From the IMG/VR virus record IMGVR_UViG_3300033120_000761, positions 22,554 to 86,553 of that record: DNA of 64,000 bases; one strand, given 5' to 3'. The DNA is from a virus (Duplodnaviria; Caudoviricetes). Made by a program: the position numbers and the translations under genes. Positions 63,247 through 64,000 of the stretch are shown here, in pieces. The notes under the pieces were generated by a model. The model did no database searches, was not told the DNA's origin, and saw only the letters and a program-made list of their open reading frames with translations. The stretch's first letter is position 1, and each line of letters opens with the position of its first letter.

Positions 63247-64000
63247 TGTTTATTGATGCACTTGAATTTAATAATTCTTTTTCACCAATTGGGATGCAAA
63301 ACTTCTATCTAGGAAAGGTTGTATCTAATGAGGATCCACTTAAGTTGGGGAGAGTAAAAGTATCGATTGAAGAGATCTTTGGATCTGCCTCAGTTGAGAA
63401 GCTTCCTTGGTGTACGCCTTACATGGGATCGCCTTCACAATTCGATTGTCCAGAAGTGGGTGATTTACTCGTTACTTATTTTCCGTACGGAATCGTTTAT
63501 TTTCCTTGTTTCATGGGCCATTGGAATTTACCAGATAATCATGACGCTTATTTCGATGCTGATTATCCAAACTCAGTTGGCTTTCATCGTCAGGGTTTTG
63601 GTTGGAAATATAATAAAAAAGCTAAAGAATTTGAAATCATCCATCCTGAAGGATCTTCGATTAAGATCGGAGCAGATGGTTCAATCTCTTTTGTATCTAC
63701 TAAGAAATTAGATTTTACTTCTACTGAAGATTATTCAATAACTACTGAAGGTAAATACGATTTAACTGTGACGGGTAAGGCAACTATCAAAGCAGATGGC
63801 GGCCTAGAATTTTCTTCTGATGGAGAAGCAACCTTCAAAGGTAAAAGTAAAACCACTATCGGCGATTCATCTTCTCAAACATTAGTTAATGGAATGCTAG
63901 TTCTTTTATCGGGTGGTGGGGTAGGTGTTTGCGTTGTTGGATCTCAAGGTATCGGGATGGGTAATCTTTCAGCACCAGTTTTAGTAACAATGATTACGGG
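63246..64000 (+). CDS. baseplate central spike (gp5/VgrG OB-fold), truncated by window end
   Basis: hand-translated MFIDALEF...GKVVSNEDPLKLGRVKV...LPWC...PEVGD, then beta-helix-like repeats; no stop before 64000. Confidence 0.85.
   Translation, partial: MFIDALEFNNSFSPIGMQNFYLGKVVSNEDPLKLGRVKVSIEEIFGSASVEKLPWCTPYMGSPSQFDCPEVGDLLVTYFPYGIVYFPCFMGHWNLPDNHDAYFDADYPNSVGFHRQGFGWKYNKKAKEFEIIHPEGSSIKIGADGSISFVSTKKLDFTSTEDYSITTEGKYDLTVTGKATIKADGGLEFSSDGEATFKGKSKTTIGDSSSQTLVNGMLVLLSGGGVGVCVVGSQGIGMGNLSAPVLVTMIT

Noticed and set aside
63367-63711. 114-aa + strand ORF from the track
   Set aside because: Out-of-frame shadow of the gp5-like spike gene starting at 63246, which the track missed because it lacks a stop in the window
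1-64000. Alternative genetic code (stop-codon reassignment)
   Set aside because: terL, portal, MCP, sheath and the que genes are full length in the standard code, and TAA, TGA and TAG all end genes at sensible boundaries
1-64000. CRISPR array or tRNA genes
   Set aside because: No regularly spaced repeats and no cloverleaf with D/T-loop consensus seen by eye; tRNAscan-SE and a CRISPR finder would confirm

Overview
AT-rich, densely coded window of a large lytic tailed phage (myovirus) in the standard genetic code. Essentially all genes are on the + strand; the one convincing - strand gene is a Fis-like regulator. Layout: (1) 1-21.8 kb accessory/regulatory ORFs, including a lysozyme-like lipoprotein, Tyr/dual-specificity phosphatase, TIGR02594-type endolysin, DUF4942-like protein, GNAT, XRE regulators, HAD phosphatase, a dual-coded gene pair and a mini alkyltransferase-like domain. 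(2) 22-38 kb small/large terminase, HNH, two ParB-like proteins and a complete 7-deazaguanine DNA-modification set (dpdA, queC, queD, queE, folE). (3) 41.9-64 kb T4-superfamily-like morphogenesis module: portal, prohead core, protease-scaffold fusion, major capsid, neck, sheath, tube, tape measure, baseplate and a partial spike gene. The most notable signal is a family of about 12 otherwise unrelated proteins (33.6-53.2 kb) sharing an N-terminal leader M-[KN]-L-[AS]-x-x-[LVI]-x-x-[LV]-[LIVF]-x(0-1)-E that ends in a T4 gp21-type cleavage motif. It looks like a capsid-targeting sequence for virion cargo, including a 2H phosphoesterase, an HExxH metallopeptidase and a ParB/Srx-like enzyme. All family assignments come from motif recognition by eye; no searches were run.
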